DNA of 64,000 bases from Basidiobolus meristosporus CBS 931.73 (lineage: Eukaryota; Fungi; Basidiobolomycota). Below, one piece after another: positions 36,524 through 48,076 of this stretch; positions within the stretch are counted from its first letter, which is position 1, and each line of letters starts with the position of its first letter. The position numbers were made by a program, and so were the translations under genes. The notes below the pieces were generated by a model. The model had not been told where the DNA came from. It worked only from the letters and a program-made list of their open reading frames with translations, and did not search any database. The DNA lies in contig MCFE01000412.1 in assembly GCA_002104905.1 (NCBI GenBank), positions 15,659 to 79,658 of the forward strand, given 5' to 3'.

Positions 36524-38467
36524 TCAATCGACAGGCCCTAATCCTATCATGGTCCAAAAAGTATGCTTCTTAAGCCCTTCTTCCTCTGGAGCTTCACCCT
36601 CGGGGGCTCGCTTAACGTAGGAGTAGGTCACGAGCAACGGAAACTAGATTAGATATTAGCTCGATTCAGGTTGAAGGAGTACTACAGCAGAGATACCGTC
36701 AATTCTGGGGTTTCTACTTTTGGTATGACCTCAAGTGATACGGTGACGGTATTGGCTTTTGACTCTTCAACTCCTACCAGATTAGTGGTCTCTGACGAGG
36801 TGGGTGTTTTCAAGATCTTGGATCCCCTTTTGTTCTCATCCTCCTCAATCTCCCACACATCTCTGTAGGCATCGACCGAGAATTGCGGGGCCAGCACGCT
36901 TATCTAATCGATATCATGAGTTGGGTAGTTAACCTTGAGTGTAGATGAGGCTGCCCCGACTTTGACTTACTTGCGCTTCATTGTCGTGCGTATTGACTGC
37001 GGTCGCGAGAGTAATGTCAATCTTGGTATATAGCGGATTCGTAAACTTCAAATGGATCTGTGTTGCAATATTGACGTGCAGGGCTGGTTGCTTGCTGAGG
37101 GTGATGATTGGGATATAATGGCTACAGGTGTGAGAATGAAATTAATCCTGACGTATAGAGTGCTTGTTCATATATATATATATTTGTGTGTACGTACATT
37201 GCTGTAAACCGGATTTTGAATCTGGTAGAGTTCGCCTTTTGGTCTGGTTTAATGAGGATTTGACGACAAGTCTTGCATCTTTTGGATCTTTTAGTGCGCA
37301 AATGGATCCTTTGGGGGCGAAGCTTGCTATCGAGAAATATGAGCGATTACCAATGTGAGGAGTGCCTGGGTGTATTTACCAAACATCATACGGCTGGCTA
37401 TTTAGTTGCTTGAGTCTCTGTTTCAAAGTGGAAACTACAATGTGACGGTTGAGTATCCCGATATGATGAAAACAAAGAACGAAATGAGCATTACTAGAGT
37501 TTGCCTCCGTAAGGTTTAGGAGCTCTTCGACTTGGCTCTTTTCAATCGGCAACTTCACCTCAGATTCATACGGCTCTGCCTGTATGACTGGCTGCGATAA
37601 TTGACTCATATGAGATTTGTTGTAACCAGGTACTCCGGGTATTGATAGTAATGATGATGGGAGTGAGGCATAAGTTGGCTGATTGATTCGGATAGTTTTC
37701 TCGAAATATTCCTTGAGATTTTCAAATTCCTGAACATCCGGATTCTCATCCTCAGATTTTTGCATGACAACTAAAGGCTGGTTATGCATGACAGTTAGAG
37801 TTGTTGAATGTTGTGAGTAATTACCTGCTAGACCTGTCGGCTTTTCAAATGTTAGTTGGATTTCACGCGAGTCCCAGCGACAAACACCACAGCTTAGATA
37901 ATAATTATTCTGACTCGGTGTGGTATCGGGACTAGTCGCTGCTCCACTTTCGTTGGCAACTACCGATAACGTATTCTCACATATTGGGCATTCGAAACAG
38001 TTTCTAGCACAGCTACAAACCAAAGCCGTTCCCGTTAGACAAGAGTTATTTTACCAAAGGAAGAGTAGTCTCGCTTACCGATTTTTCTCGTATTTTACAG
38101 AGGCCGTGGGAACCTCGAATAAACAATTGGGACAATAGTAGGAGACAATCTCTTCTTGCAGACAGCGAGTGCACTTCACCGACTCACACTGTTCACAATA
38201 ATACAACTTGGATACTGGTAAGGTGATCAAATCAGCATTGTGCTCCTCGAATGTGAACTCCAGAGGGTCACTCGGAGTTTCGGTTTCTATATGGGCTTGA
38301 GCCGAGAGCTTTGGAGGTTCGGCTCGCTCATACCGTGCAGAGCCTCTACTAGGCGTATAGGGGCTGTCACGGGCTTGTAAAGTAATAGGCGTCCGTTTAT
38401 ATAGATCAGCGCATCCGCAGTGATAATGAACAAATGGTTGCGCACCGTTTGAGCGTGTACGGTACAT
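36524..38467 (-). CDS. DCTN4: Dynactin p62 subunit, multi-exon
   Basis: PFVHYHCGC, LYYCEQCESVKC..C, YYCPNCLFEVP..VKYEKNR, CARNCFECPIC, YYLSCGVCRWDS. Confidence 0.88.
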
Positions 38468-38627
38468 CGATGCTCCTTTACTGTAGTTGCTGGCAGGCCT
38501 TGATTTCCAAGTGGCTTGGTTTTGTGACAGTGATGCAGTCTATAGAATCCAATAATCTGAATATCTCTGGGAGCTTGCCATTAGCCCCTGGATTCCCCTA
38601 TCTTCAATTTGTCGTTGGCCATGCACC

Positions 38628-38644
38628 AACCCTAACCCTAACCC
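38628..38644. promoter_or_regulatory. Telomere-type CCCTAA motif (about 2.8 units) in a divergent promoter; possible Tbf1/TRF-type site
   Basis: AACCCTAACCCTAACCC lies about 160 bp upstream of the DCTN4 start. Function inferred only. Confidence 0.35.
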
Positions 38645-38827
38645 CGAAGCGGGCTATTCTACGGGCGAGTTTAGCGATCTTCCGACGCAGTAAGAGATTA
38701 ATGCGATCGCTACCCTGTAACCCCATATCAAACAGCTGCATATCGAGACAAAAATGACCAATGTTGGCAATGCCGTGACATTGTATCGTAATGATGATAA
38801 AAGTACGGGAACGGAGCTCAAATCATT

Positions 38828-39025
38828 ATGTATCTCCCGTTACTTGTACTCCTACCGGCAGTTTTAGCCTTTCCAGCAACACAGATGTTAGTGGAGGATG
38901 GTCGAGATGATATATTCGACCGGTTAGATATTGGAGAAAACCCAACCATACACATACCTTCACCAAAGGAGTTCATTCAACGTCTCGTCTTTTTCGGGAC
39001 CTTTTTGGGGCCAGTAACGATGTAA
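38828..39025 (+). CDS. Possible small secreted protein, 65 aa
   Basis: ATG start and signal-peptide-like MYLPLLVLLPAVLA; no homolog recognised. Confidence 0.35.
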   Translation: MYLPLLVLLPAVLAFPATQMLVEDGRDDIFDRLDIGENPTIHIPSPKEFIQRLVFFGTFLGPVTM

Positions 39026-39256
39026 GCTAGCTATAATGAACTAGACGACTGTATAAGATGGAATAAATTATTGTGTGAGCTGTGGATCACTAATGGTGAG
39101 TAAACCAATGTTTGAGAAGTATTCAGCTTTTGAAACGCATAAAGCGTGGCTTGGCTGATTCTATGTAATTATGAACAGTCAGATTGGTCCCCTGCTTGAA
39201 TATATATTGGTTGAATCCGCATACATGGCATTTAATAGCATTCAACCATACCCAGT

Positions 39257-40276
39257 ATGAAATTGAACGAAGCGAAGTCTAAAAATCGACTCACTTCAGA
39301 TATTGAACTTCGATGTGACCAGCCATTACCGGCTTTACCCTGTAGTACTCCCATCCTCACTCCTGGGAGTTACTCACTGGAGCCAGGCTTCCGAGTAGAC
39401 TTTTCCTGCTATTTTCAGACCACCTTGTTTGCGGACGCATTCATATTGCATCCCAATACTTCTGAATTAATCCCAGTGCATCGCATACTACTTGCTACAC
39501 AGTCAGGATACTTCGAGCGCGCGTTTCGGGATATGGAAAATAACGGTCTTGGATACTCTGAAGATGGTAAACTCATGGTCGGGGTACCCATTGTGGACGA
39601 TCATAAAGATTGCTTACGAACGGTTGTGGGGTTTATGTACAGCCAACGTATTACAGTGTCGGCGCAATCTATCGTGCCCTGCTTAGCGGTCGGGGAAATC
39701 CTCGAAATACCGACACTGATCCAAATCCTGATGCAACATCTGAATACTTCCTTGCTGCCAGGACGAGTATTTCGAGTTTTACGGGAAGCGACTGAATATC
39801 ATTTACCTCAGAGTTATATTGACCATTGCTTTGCTGTGATCATCCGATACTATACCATCGATGAAATCCTACAAAATTTGGATGACATCTACGTTTTACC
39901 AGAGACTACTTTCATGGGCTTCATTGAGATTCTCAAGAAGGCTTCACCCCTTGATCGTATACAGTTTATATCTGGTTATGTCAGGCACCAAACTGAAGAT
40001 TGGGACGAGATGATATCCTTAGGGGAAAGATTATTCCGCTCGGTCGATTTCTCTGAATGTGATACTGAAACTTTGGAAAAAATATTTCAGCTACCTGGCA
40101 TCCCCAGAGAGAGGGTTGTTGAAACAATGCTGAAGAAGCTGAAAGTTGACCGACCACTCGCCGAAAGTCCCAAGAAACAACATCCAGTGACAAACTCTAG
40201 CTGGAAAAAAATCAAAGCAATGAAAATCTGGAAAGGTAAAGTAAAGCCTACCTCTTTATACTTGAACTCGTTTTAA
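39257..40276 (+). CDS. BTB/POZ-domain protein
   Basis: FADAFIL..LIPVHRILLATQSGYFERAF..VVGFMYSQRI matches the BTB consensus, followed by a helical BACK-like region. Confidence 0.75.
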   Translation: MKLNEAKSKNRLTSDIELRCDQPLPALPCSTPILTPGSYSLEPGFRVDFSCYFQTTLFADAFILHPNTSELIPVHRILLATQSGYFERAFRDMENNGLGYSEDGKLMVGVPIVDDHKDCLRTVVGFMYSQRITVSAQSIVPCLAVGEILEIPTLIQILMQHLNTSLLPGRVFRVLREATEYHLPQSYIDHCFAVIIRYYTIDEILQNLDDIYVLPETTFMGFIEILKKASPLDRIQFISGYVRHQTEDWDEMISLGERLFRSVDFSECDTETLEKIFQLPGIPRERVVETMLKKLKVDRPLAESPKKQHPVTNSSWKKIKAMKIWKGKVKPTSLYLNSF

Positions 40277-40458
40277 TAGTCTGCTCTAGCCATTCCTAAT
40301 CATACCCAGCATGCACCAACACTGCAATCAAATCCAAACTCCACTAGACATTTTGCACAATGATCTTATAGATTGAAAAGTAGTGTGGTTTATTTGTTCA
40401 TTTCTTTCCTTTCTTACTGAGTCTATTGTAAATAAATATTCTTACATTAAATAGAGGG

Positions 40459-41472
40459 CTATCTGATTAGAATTAGCGCAAAGATTCCTACGGCGCTGTA
40501 CAATGAAGGGTTCAAAATACTGGCAGATGAGGGCTTCACTAGAGCCGAGTTGCTGCAGAGGTTCTCATTGCTTTCCTGTCCGGTGATCTCCGTGTTATAA
40601 GCGCTGAGTTTCACCGGAGCTGTCAGATTCATGTTCCCGCTCTTCAGCACCCCCATGAAGTCTGACACTCTGTCCGCAGAGGCGGGCCACACATTGTCCG
40701 GGAAGCAACACAACATCTTCCTGCGGATAGTGAGGAACCGCTCCAGGTACAATGCCTCATTCTGGTCAGCTAGTGGACCGGTCATGGCGATGATCGTTTT
40801 CAGACTGAGCCCGTCATCCGCCTCCCAGCCATGCTGCACGGCGGTATCATAGAAGATCGAGCGGCCGAGCACACTCCGCACCCCAACCTGTGCTGCCAGC
40901 TCCATGGCCGGGAGGAAGTAGATGAAGTCACTCACGTCGTCTTGGGCCTTCCGGAATGCCACCTGACACGACTCCTTCTTCCATACATCAGGGAACCCGC
41001 CCAGCTGACTCACGTCCCCTTTTGGCACCGAGCAGCTGGTGGAGCTGGCGAGTCTGTTCAACTCAGGAAGGTACTTGCCGAAGCCGGTCTCACCCACGCG
41101 TTTCTGGTACTCCGTGACCAAGGTGTAGAGATCTCCAGTGCCGGTGGTGAATCCCACACTCCCGCACGTGAACCCACGGCCATCCCCAATATTCTCGCAG
41201 AAGTTGTAGTTGATTGTCTTTGTGGCATGTTCGAACACATTCGTGACGATCAGAGCGATTTTCTTTGACTCGGGGGCCATCTGGTACGCTGCCGAGACCT
41301 CTTGTGGGTTGGTCGGGAGCTTTGGAGCGCAAGATGACTGCGCAGTTACTGGGAACTTGAAGATCCCGCAGTTAGCCGGGATGATGGAGAAATCACCTTG
41401 ACAATAAGGGAAAGCATCTTGTGCCATAACATATGAGAGACTGAAAAGTAAAGAAACAGTAATGTGTAGCAT
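40459..41472 (-). CDS. csn: GH46 chitosanase, signal peptide, probable GPI tail (copy 1)
   Basis: NVFEH..ENIGDGRGFTCGSVGFTTGTGD carries both GH46 catalytic acids; YDTAVQHG; hydrophobic N- and C-termini. Confidence 0.88.
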   Translation of the reverse strand: MLHITVSLLFSLSYVMAQDAFPYCQGDFSIIPANCGIFKFPVTAQSSCAPKLPTNPQEVSAAYQMAPESKKIALIVTNVFEHATKTINYNFCENIGDGRGFTCGSVGFTTGTGDLYTLVTEYQKRVGETGFGKYLPELNRLASSTSCSVPKGDVSQLGGFPDVWKKESCQVAFRKAQDDVSDFIYFLPAMELAAQVGVRSVLGRSIFYDTAVQHGWEADDGLSLKTIIAMTGPLADQNEALYLERFLTIRRKMLCCFPDNVWPASADRVSDFMGVLKSGNMNLTAPVKLSAYNTEITGQESNENLCSNSALVKPSSASILNPSLYSAVGIFALILIR

Positions 41473-42889
41473 AATAGTAAAACAAGTGACTTGTGCTTTG
41501 AAAGATGGGCTTGGCAGGACTTTATAACACCTTCAAACGACTCTATGCCAATGCTTCGATCCATAAATTACCGAGGCTTCTCATTAAAATCTCCACCGTT
41601 AATCATTTCATGATTACCCGGCTTTAAGGGGTGCTTCCAGGCTGCTTTTATTCCGAAATTCAAATTTTATGGACTGATCGCAGTAATATCATTTTAAGAT
41701 GATGTATGATGGCGATATTTAGAATTTCTGGTCTTATTCTCCTAGAACTTCAATTATGCATAAACGGATGGAGAATATAGCTCCACAGTAAGATGTCACC
41801 TGGAGGTATGCCGCCAATCGAACATAAAAATCAGCGCGAACCGTCAGAATAAGCTACATAGGAGTGCTTGGCATAGCATCGAGCCCTAGAAAGTGTCCGT
41901 AACTTTCCAATGTTATAAATAACACATACTCGCTATTAGTGTGAGTTATCATTGAAAATGTTATATTTCGTAATTGGCCTTTATGTCTTGAGCTCATTTT
42001 CAAACGCACAGGATGCGTTCCCTTATTGCCAGGGTGATTTCTCCATCATCCCGGCTAACTGCGGGATCTTCAAGTTCCCAGTAACTGCGCAGTCATCTTG
42101 CGCTCCAAAGCTCCCGACCAACCCACAAGAGGTCTCGGCAGCGTACCAGATGGCCCCCGAGTCAAAGAAAATCGCTCTGATCGTCACGAATGTGTTCGAA
42201 CATGCCACAAAGACAATCAACTACAACTTCTGCGAGAATATTGGGGATGGCCGTGGGTTCACGTGCGGGAGTGTGGGATTCACCACCGGCACTGGAGATC
42301 TCTACACCTTGGTCACGGAGTACCAGAAACGCGTGGGTGAGACCGGCTTCGGCAAGTACCTTCCTGAGTTGAACAGACTCGCCAGCTCCACCAGCTGCTC
42401 GGTGCCAAAAGGGGACGTGAGTCAGCTGGGCGGGTTCCCTGATGTATGGAAGAAGGAGTCGTGTCAGGTGGCATTCCGGAAGGCCCAAGACGACGTGAGT
42501 GACTTCATCTACTTCCTCCCGGCCATGGAGCTGGCAGCACAGGTTGGGGTGCGGAGTGTGCTCGGCCGCTCGATCTTCTATGATACTGCCGTGCAACATG
42601 GCTGGGAGGCGGATGACGGGCTCAGTCTGAAAACGATCATCGCCATGACCGGTCCACTTGCTGACCAGAATGAGGCATTGTACCTGGAGCGGTTCCTCAC
42701 TATCCGCAGGAAGATGTTGTGTTGCTTCCCGGACAATGTGTGGCCCGCCTCTGCGGACAGAGTGTCAGACTTCATGGGGGTGCTGAAGAGCGGGAACATG
42801 AATCTGACAGCTCCGGTGAAACTCAGCGCTTATAACACGGAGATCACCGGACAGGAAAGCAATGAGAACCTCTGCAGCAACTCGGCTCT
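40541..42889. repeat. Long inverted repeat, 857-bp arms (40541-41397 and 42033-42889) with a 635-bp spacer
   Basis: The arms are reverse complements; only three synonymous differences were found by eye. Confidence 0.9.
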
Positions 42890-42986
42890 ATCTAAGCCAT
42901 CCTCAGCAAATGTAAATATGCCCAGCTTATCGATTGGAATTGCTGTAATTCTAGTTTTGCACAAGGGCAAACTGATCCACTACTGA
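41958..42986 (+). CDS. csn: GH46 chitosanase, signal peptide, hydrophobic tail (copy 2)
   Basis: Mature domain identical in protein sequence to copy 1; different signal peptide and tail. ATG at 41958 (the track start at 41952 is TTG). Confidence 0.88.
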   Translation: MLYFVIGLYVLSSFSNAQDAFPYCQGDFSIIPANCGIFKFPVTAQSSCAPKLPTNPQEVSAAYQMAPESKKIALIVTNVFEHATKTINYNFCENIGDGRGFTCGSVGFTTGTGDLYTLVTEYQKRVGETGFGKYLPELNRLASSTSCSVPKGDVSQLGGFPDVWKKESCQVAFRKAQDDVSDFIYFLPAMELAAQVGVRSVLGRSIFYDTAVQHGWEADDGLSLKTIIAMTGPLADQNEALYLERFLTIRRKMLCCFPDNVWPASADRVSDFMGVLKSGNMNLTAPVKLSAYNTEITGQESNENLCSNSALSKPSSANVNMPSLSIGIAVILVLHKGKLIHY

Positions 42987-43212
42987 GCAAACAGCTGGCC
43001 ATTTATTTATTCAAGTATCACTTCTCGAAAACTAGACCATAGTATGATTGCATCATGTACATTATAGGTATGTGAATTGCACTTTACAGACTATAGTATA
43101 GGCACTCACTTTGATATGTAAAATTGCCAAGATTAATTGAAATAAATTGAAATGATTGTTTTATATGATGGAATGTATACAAAATTCAGCAAATGAAAGC
43201 AGGAAATACAAT

Positions 43213-44199
43213 TTACATTTTGGAGTCAGTATTGACAAAGTCGATTCCTTTCTTGATGCTACCCTTCAATTCAACAACGCATGCCTCGAGCAATTTCTTT
43301 TCATAATCGGAAAGTTGCCCAACGGGGTGGACTTTTTGAACTCCATCTGGGCCAAGCTCTACATTGGTAGCAAAGTAATCACATCCTGTTAGAGCCTTGA
43401 TATCATTGCTAGGGTCAGATAAGAGATCAACGTAAGTTGGCTCGATAATGCCTGACTTTCCTCCAACACTGGCCTCAAGGATATGGATGGCGAAACGCGC
43501 TCCAGCATAGGCCATACTCAAAGTGGCTGATCCAGCCCCATCCTTAGCCTTGACCACTTCATCGCCACCAAACTGAATGCGATGTGTCAAGGCATCAATT
43601 TGCTCTTGGGTAAACTTCTCTTTCATGGAGAGTTGAGAGAGGAGAGGAATAATAGTTGCACCAGAGTGACCACCAATGACAGTCACCCGAGTGTCGACAG
43701 GGTTGAGCTCAGCACTCACCTCGGAGACAAAGCGGGAAGCACGGACAACATCCAATGTCGAGACACCGAACAGGCGCTTGGGGTCATACACACCAGCCTT
43801 CTTGAACACCTCGGCAACAATGGGAACAGTCGAGTTGACGGGGTTGGAGATGATCAACATGAATGCCTTGGGGCAGTACTTGGAAGCAGCAGTGGCCAGG
43901 TCACGAACAATACCAGCATTGATCTTGAAGAGGTCATCACGAGTCATGCCAGGCTTTCTGGGAACTCCGGCAGGGATAACAACCACATGGGCGTCGATGA
44001 GAGCATCCTTCAGGTTGTCGGAGCCAAGGTGAGCGGTGACCTTGGAAGGGGTGTTGATATGAGAGAGGTCAGCAGCGACTCCGGGAACGTTGACGAGGTC
44101 GTATAGAGCAAGGTGAGAGATGAGAGTGTTCTGCTTGAGAAGGAGGGAGAGTGGTTGACCAATACCACCAGCAGCACCGAGAACAGCAACCTTGACCAT
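43213..44199 (-). CDS. MDH: NAD-malate dehydrogenase, probable peroxisomal isoform (PTS1-like SKM)
   Basis: [43 protein letters not shown]; ends DSKM*. ATG at 44199. Confidence 0.95.
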   Translation of the reverse strand: MVKVAVLGAAGGIGQPLSLLLKQNTLISHLALYDLVNVPGVAADLSHINTPSKVTAHLGSDNLKDALIDAHVVVIPAGVPRKPGMTRDDLFKINAGIVRDLATAASKYCPKAFMLIISNPVNSTVPIVAEVFKKAGVYDPKRLFGVSTLDVVRASRFVSEVSAELNPVDTRVTVIGGHSGATIIPLLSQLSMKEKFTQEQIDALTHRIQFGGDEVVKAKDGAGSATLSMAYAGARFAIHILEASVGGKSGIIEPTYVDLLSDPSNDIKALTGCDYFATNVELGPDGVQKVHPVGQLSDYEKKLLEACVVELKGSIKKGIDFVNTDSKM

Positions 44200-44900
44200 G
44201 TTAAGAAAGTAAAGTGGAGTTGAGAATAAGCAAAAGCTGACACTTAATACTGAATTCGACTCGGTGATTCGAATATTTATAGGCCACAAGTTGTCAAGGT
44301 TGGGGAGCCTTCGAAAACGTAATCACAAATGGCCAGTCCCAAAATTCGTTATGTGTGACCGCCAGCAAATCCGCCCTACCCTAACCCAGTGGCAATCTCC
44401 ACCAAACACTATTTATTAGCCCGAATTTAGCTATTGATTCAGAATTCAGCGGTTCAATTCATTTCGATATTGTCAGAATATGGTAACTATTTAAACAGTT
44501 GATTGAGTAAGGCCTAGAAACTGTCTCCAACATTCAATTCCTTTTGCAGTTCAAAGGCCTGGAGGTACTGCGCCTAAGCCTCAAATGATAACCAAGAGTC
44601 TCCAGGTCTGTAGTCTTTCATGTGATATGTCAGTTAACGATTGACAGTTCAGCTAGCAATGACCATAGAACCTGGTTCTTTCTCGTTGCTACTTGAAGCC
44701 CCATTCAACGATGAAATCACGTGCATCGGCTCAGTAACAAATGGATTTCAGGTACCCACAACGTGGGGCTAGAATCAACGGACTTCTTAATCATGCAATT
44801 CTTCCAATGGGCCAGAATATGATGAATATTTGGATGCAATTTATTGTTGATGACGTAATGAAAATGATGAAATGCAGTATTTAGGTGAAGAAATAATCAG

Positions 44901-45884
44901 TTACGCGTGAATAAAATCAACTCCGCTCTTCACGTTCGCTTTGAGTTGAGGGATGGCCTGTGCAAGTATACCCTTTTCAAACTCAGAGAGCTGTCCAATA
45001 GGGTGGATCTTGTGAACGCCATCTACACCAAGCTCTACATTGGTAGCAAAGTACTCGCATCCTTGGGTTTCATCCTTTACGATCTGGCCACCTTCCGACT
45101 CGGAAGAAAGATCGACATAAGTAGGTTCAACAATGCCAGTTTTTCCTCCAACGCTGGCCTCAAGGATATGGATGGCGAAGCGCGCTCCGGCATAGGCCAT
45201 ACTCAAAGTGGCTGATCCAGCCCCATCCTTAGCCTTGACCACTTCATCGCCACCAAACTGAATACGGTGCGTCAGAGTCTCGATCTGCTCTTGGGTCAAT
45301 TTCTCTTTCATGGAGAGTTGAGAGAGGAGAGGAATAATAGTAGTACCAGAGTGACCACCAATGACAGTCACCCGAGTGTCGACAGGGTTGAGCTCAGCGC
45401 TCACCTCGGAGACAAAGCGGGAAGCACGGACAACATCCAATGTCGAGACACCGAACAGGCGCTTGGGGTCATACACACCAGCCTTCTTGAACACCTCGGC
45501 AACAATGGGAACAGTCGAGTTGACAGGGTTGGAGATGATCAACATGAATGCCTTGGGGCAGTACTTGGAAGCAGCAGTGGCCAGGTCACGAACAATACCA
45601 GCATTGATCTTGAAGAGGTCATCACGAGTCATGCCAGGCTTTCTGGGAACTCCGGCAGGGATAACAACCACATGGGCGTCGACGAGAGCATCCTTCAGGT
45701 TGTCGGAGCCAAGGTGAGCGGTGACCTTGGAAGGGGTGTTGATATGGGAGAGGTCAGCAGCGACTCCGGGAACGTTGACGAGGTCGTATAGAGCAAGGTG
45801 AGAGATGAGAGTGTTCTGCTTGAGAAGGAGGGAGAGTGGTTGACCAATACCACCAGCAGCACCGAGAACAGCAACCTTGACCAT
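44901..45884 (-). CDS. MDH: NAD-malate dehydrogenase, probable cytosolic isoform
   Basis: Same motifs as the neighbouring copy; no presequence and no PTS1 (ends DFIHA*). Confidence 0.95.
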   Translation of the reverse strand: MVKVAVLGAAGGIGQPLSLLLKQNTLISHLALYDLVNVPGVAADLSHINTPSKVTAHLGSDNLKDALVDAHVVVIPAGVPRKPGMTRDDLFKINAGIVRDLATAASKYCPKAFMLIISNPVNSTVPIVAEVFKKAGVYDPKRLFGVSTLDVVRASRFVSEVSAELNPVDTRVTVIGGHSGTTIIPLLSQLSMKEKLTQEQIETLTHRIQFGGDEVVKAKDGAGSATLSMAYAGARFAIHILEASVGGKTGIVEPTYVDLSSESEGGQIVKDETQGCEYFATNVELGVDGVHKIHPIGQLSEFEKGILAQAIPQLKANVKSGVDFIHA

Positions 45885-46515
45885 GTTAAGAAAGTAAAGT
45901 GGAGTTGAGAATAAGCAAATGTTGAGTAATACAAAGTTCGGGCCGCCGGCTTATATATTGTAATTGGGCACCATTTCCGGTAAAGCTACAAAATAAAGCC
46001 TAATTAGGAATCACTTGGATGTCTCGGATAGAATCAGCCATAGTTTATTTCGAAAGAAACCTGCACACTTGTCCATCCAATGATGTGCTTATTTACCCTT
46101 TTATGGAGCCCCACTATAACACATAAATGTGCAAACCATCGGTAATTTACCCACTTGCTTCCCACGCTCAATATAGAAGTGGCTTAGATGGCAAAACAAT
46201 CGAAGGACCAAGACACTAAATATCGCCCGCCATTGTAAACCAGCTTCCAGACCCAGGAAACTCCACTTCGCGTTCTAACGAAACATGTGCTCGAGGGTTT
46301 GTGAATCAGGTTGGAATGATGATTGGGATTTCCGTCCAAATGTACTTGCATCTTTCTGACTAAATAGATCACGCACAACTGATCTATCCACTAGTCTGGT
46401 GAGTTAATGACGTGACATAATGTGTGAATTATTGTGAAACTAAGATTGCCTTTAAAATACCGCCTGCCATCCCAATTCTCACTACCGATTCCCACTCTAT
46501 ACGTTTGTTCCTCAC

Positions 46516-47520
46516 ATGGTCAAAGTCGCTATTCTTGGTGCTGCTGGTGGTATTGGCCAGCCGCTCTCCCTACTTCTCAAGCAAAACACTTTGGTCTCCC
46601 ATCTCGCTCTGTACGATATCGTCAGTGTATCAGGAATTGCCGCTGATCTTTCGCATATCAATACCGCATCAACCGTTACAGCCCATGTCGGCCCGGATTC
46701 CCTTCGAGATGCCGTTACTAACGCTCATATTGTGCTTATAGCAGCTGGGGTTCCAAGAAAACCTGGGATGTTTCGAAATGATCTATTCAAACTCAATGCT
46801 GGTATTATTGAGAATATGGCCACTGTTGCCGCCAAGTATTGCCCTAAGGCATACATGTTAATAGTGACCAACCCTGTTAACTCTACGGTTCCAATCGTAG
46901 CGAAAGTCTTCAAAAAAGCGGGGGTATACGATGCCAAACGCCTATTTGGTGTTTCCACCCTTGATTCTGTTCGTGCCTCGCGCTTTGTCACCGAAATCAT
47001 CCCCGAGTTGAATCCGATAAGCACTAGTATTCCGGTGATAGGCGGCCACTCTGGTAATACCATCGTACCACTTCTCTCGCAACTATCCTCGACTACAAAC
47101 CTCAGCAAGGAGCAAATTGAAGCATTAACTCATCATATACAATATGCTGGAGATGAGATTATAGTCGCCAAGGGTGGTATCACATCTGCCACGTTAAGTA
47201 TGGCCCACGCGGGTAGCCGCTTTGTGGGAAGTATTTTGGAGGCGACTGTGAACGGGACGCTAGGAATAATCGAACCTGCCTACGTTCATCTCGAAGCAGA
47301 TGCGCAGGGTGGAGATCAGATAAAGAAAGAAACCGATTGCGATTTCTTCGCTACTAATGTGGAGCTTGGTGTGGATGGAATCGCACGCGTTGTACCATTT
47401 GGTTCCATTTCTCCATATGAGAAGAATATCCTGGAGAATGCTATAGCAGAGCTAAAGGAGAACATCAAGTTAGGACTCAGTTATATTCGTGATTACGAGG
47501 TTGACCCGATAACCGCTTAA
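46516..47520 (+). CDS. MDH: Divergent malate dehydrogenase paralog
   Basis: [43 protein letters not shown]; substrate loop KGGITSATLSM. Confidence 0.92.
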   Translation: MVKVAILGAAGGIGQPLSLLLKQNTLVSHLALYDIVSVSGIAADLSHINTASTVTAHVGPDSLRDAVTNAHIVLIAAGVPRKPGMFRNDLFKLNAGIIENMATVAAKYCPKAYMLIVTNPVNSTVPIVAKVFKKAGVYDAKRLFGVSTLDSVRASRFVTEIIPELNPISTSIPVIGGHSGNTIVPLLSQLSSTTNLSKEQIEALTHHIQYAGDEIIVAKGGITSATLSMAHAGSRFVGSILEATVNGTLGIIEPAYVHLEADAQGGDQIKKETDCDFFATNVELGVDGIARVVPFGSISPYEKNILENAIAELKENIKLGLSYIRDYEVDPITA

Positions 47521-47926
47521 CATCTGCAAAGCTTAGTTGTTCATCTTTGTGCCTGCTTTTCCCAAAGAATAAAGATATTGGGATGGTTCATGCTACAAAC
47601 TACCCATATTGCGTGATTTTATAATACACGCAACTACGTGAATGAAGTTCAGCAGCCCATCTGGTAACTTCGTTGCATCTGCAAAGGATAACATATGATG
47701 GGGAGATAAGAATGACGGCAACGAGGATTAGTAGCAGCATGATCTCATTACACTCCAGGGAGGCAGTCCCCATACTCATATGCTACAATGAAGCCAAACA
47801 TCACACGAGGACGGAAATCGAGCTGGGTAAGAGTATCATGCTTAGGGTTAGGCCTTTGACATCACAAGTACCGCCACTTTCAAGATATTACACCTTTGTT
47901 GGGAGTAATAAAAAATAATTTGAAGA

Positions 47927-47980
47927 AATACACCGATCAATACAGCGATCAATACAGCGATCAATACACCGATCAATACA
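47927..47980. repeat. 12-bp tandem repeat x4.5 (AATACAC/GCGATC)
   Basis: Units start at 47927, 47939, 47951, 47963, with a partial unit at 47975. Confidence 0.9.
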
Positions 47981-48076
47981 CATATGCTTTTGATATTCCA
48001 GCTGTAGTATGGTGATTGACGAACCAATGTTGATGATGTTTCGTATTAATATAAGGTGGCTGAACGAAATATTTAT

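Noticed and set aside
44840-44903. Possible readthrough-derived PTS1 after the second MDH stop
   Set aside because: The in-frame extension ends ...RHQQ*, which is not a PTS1.
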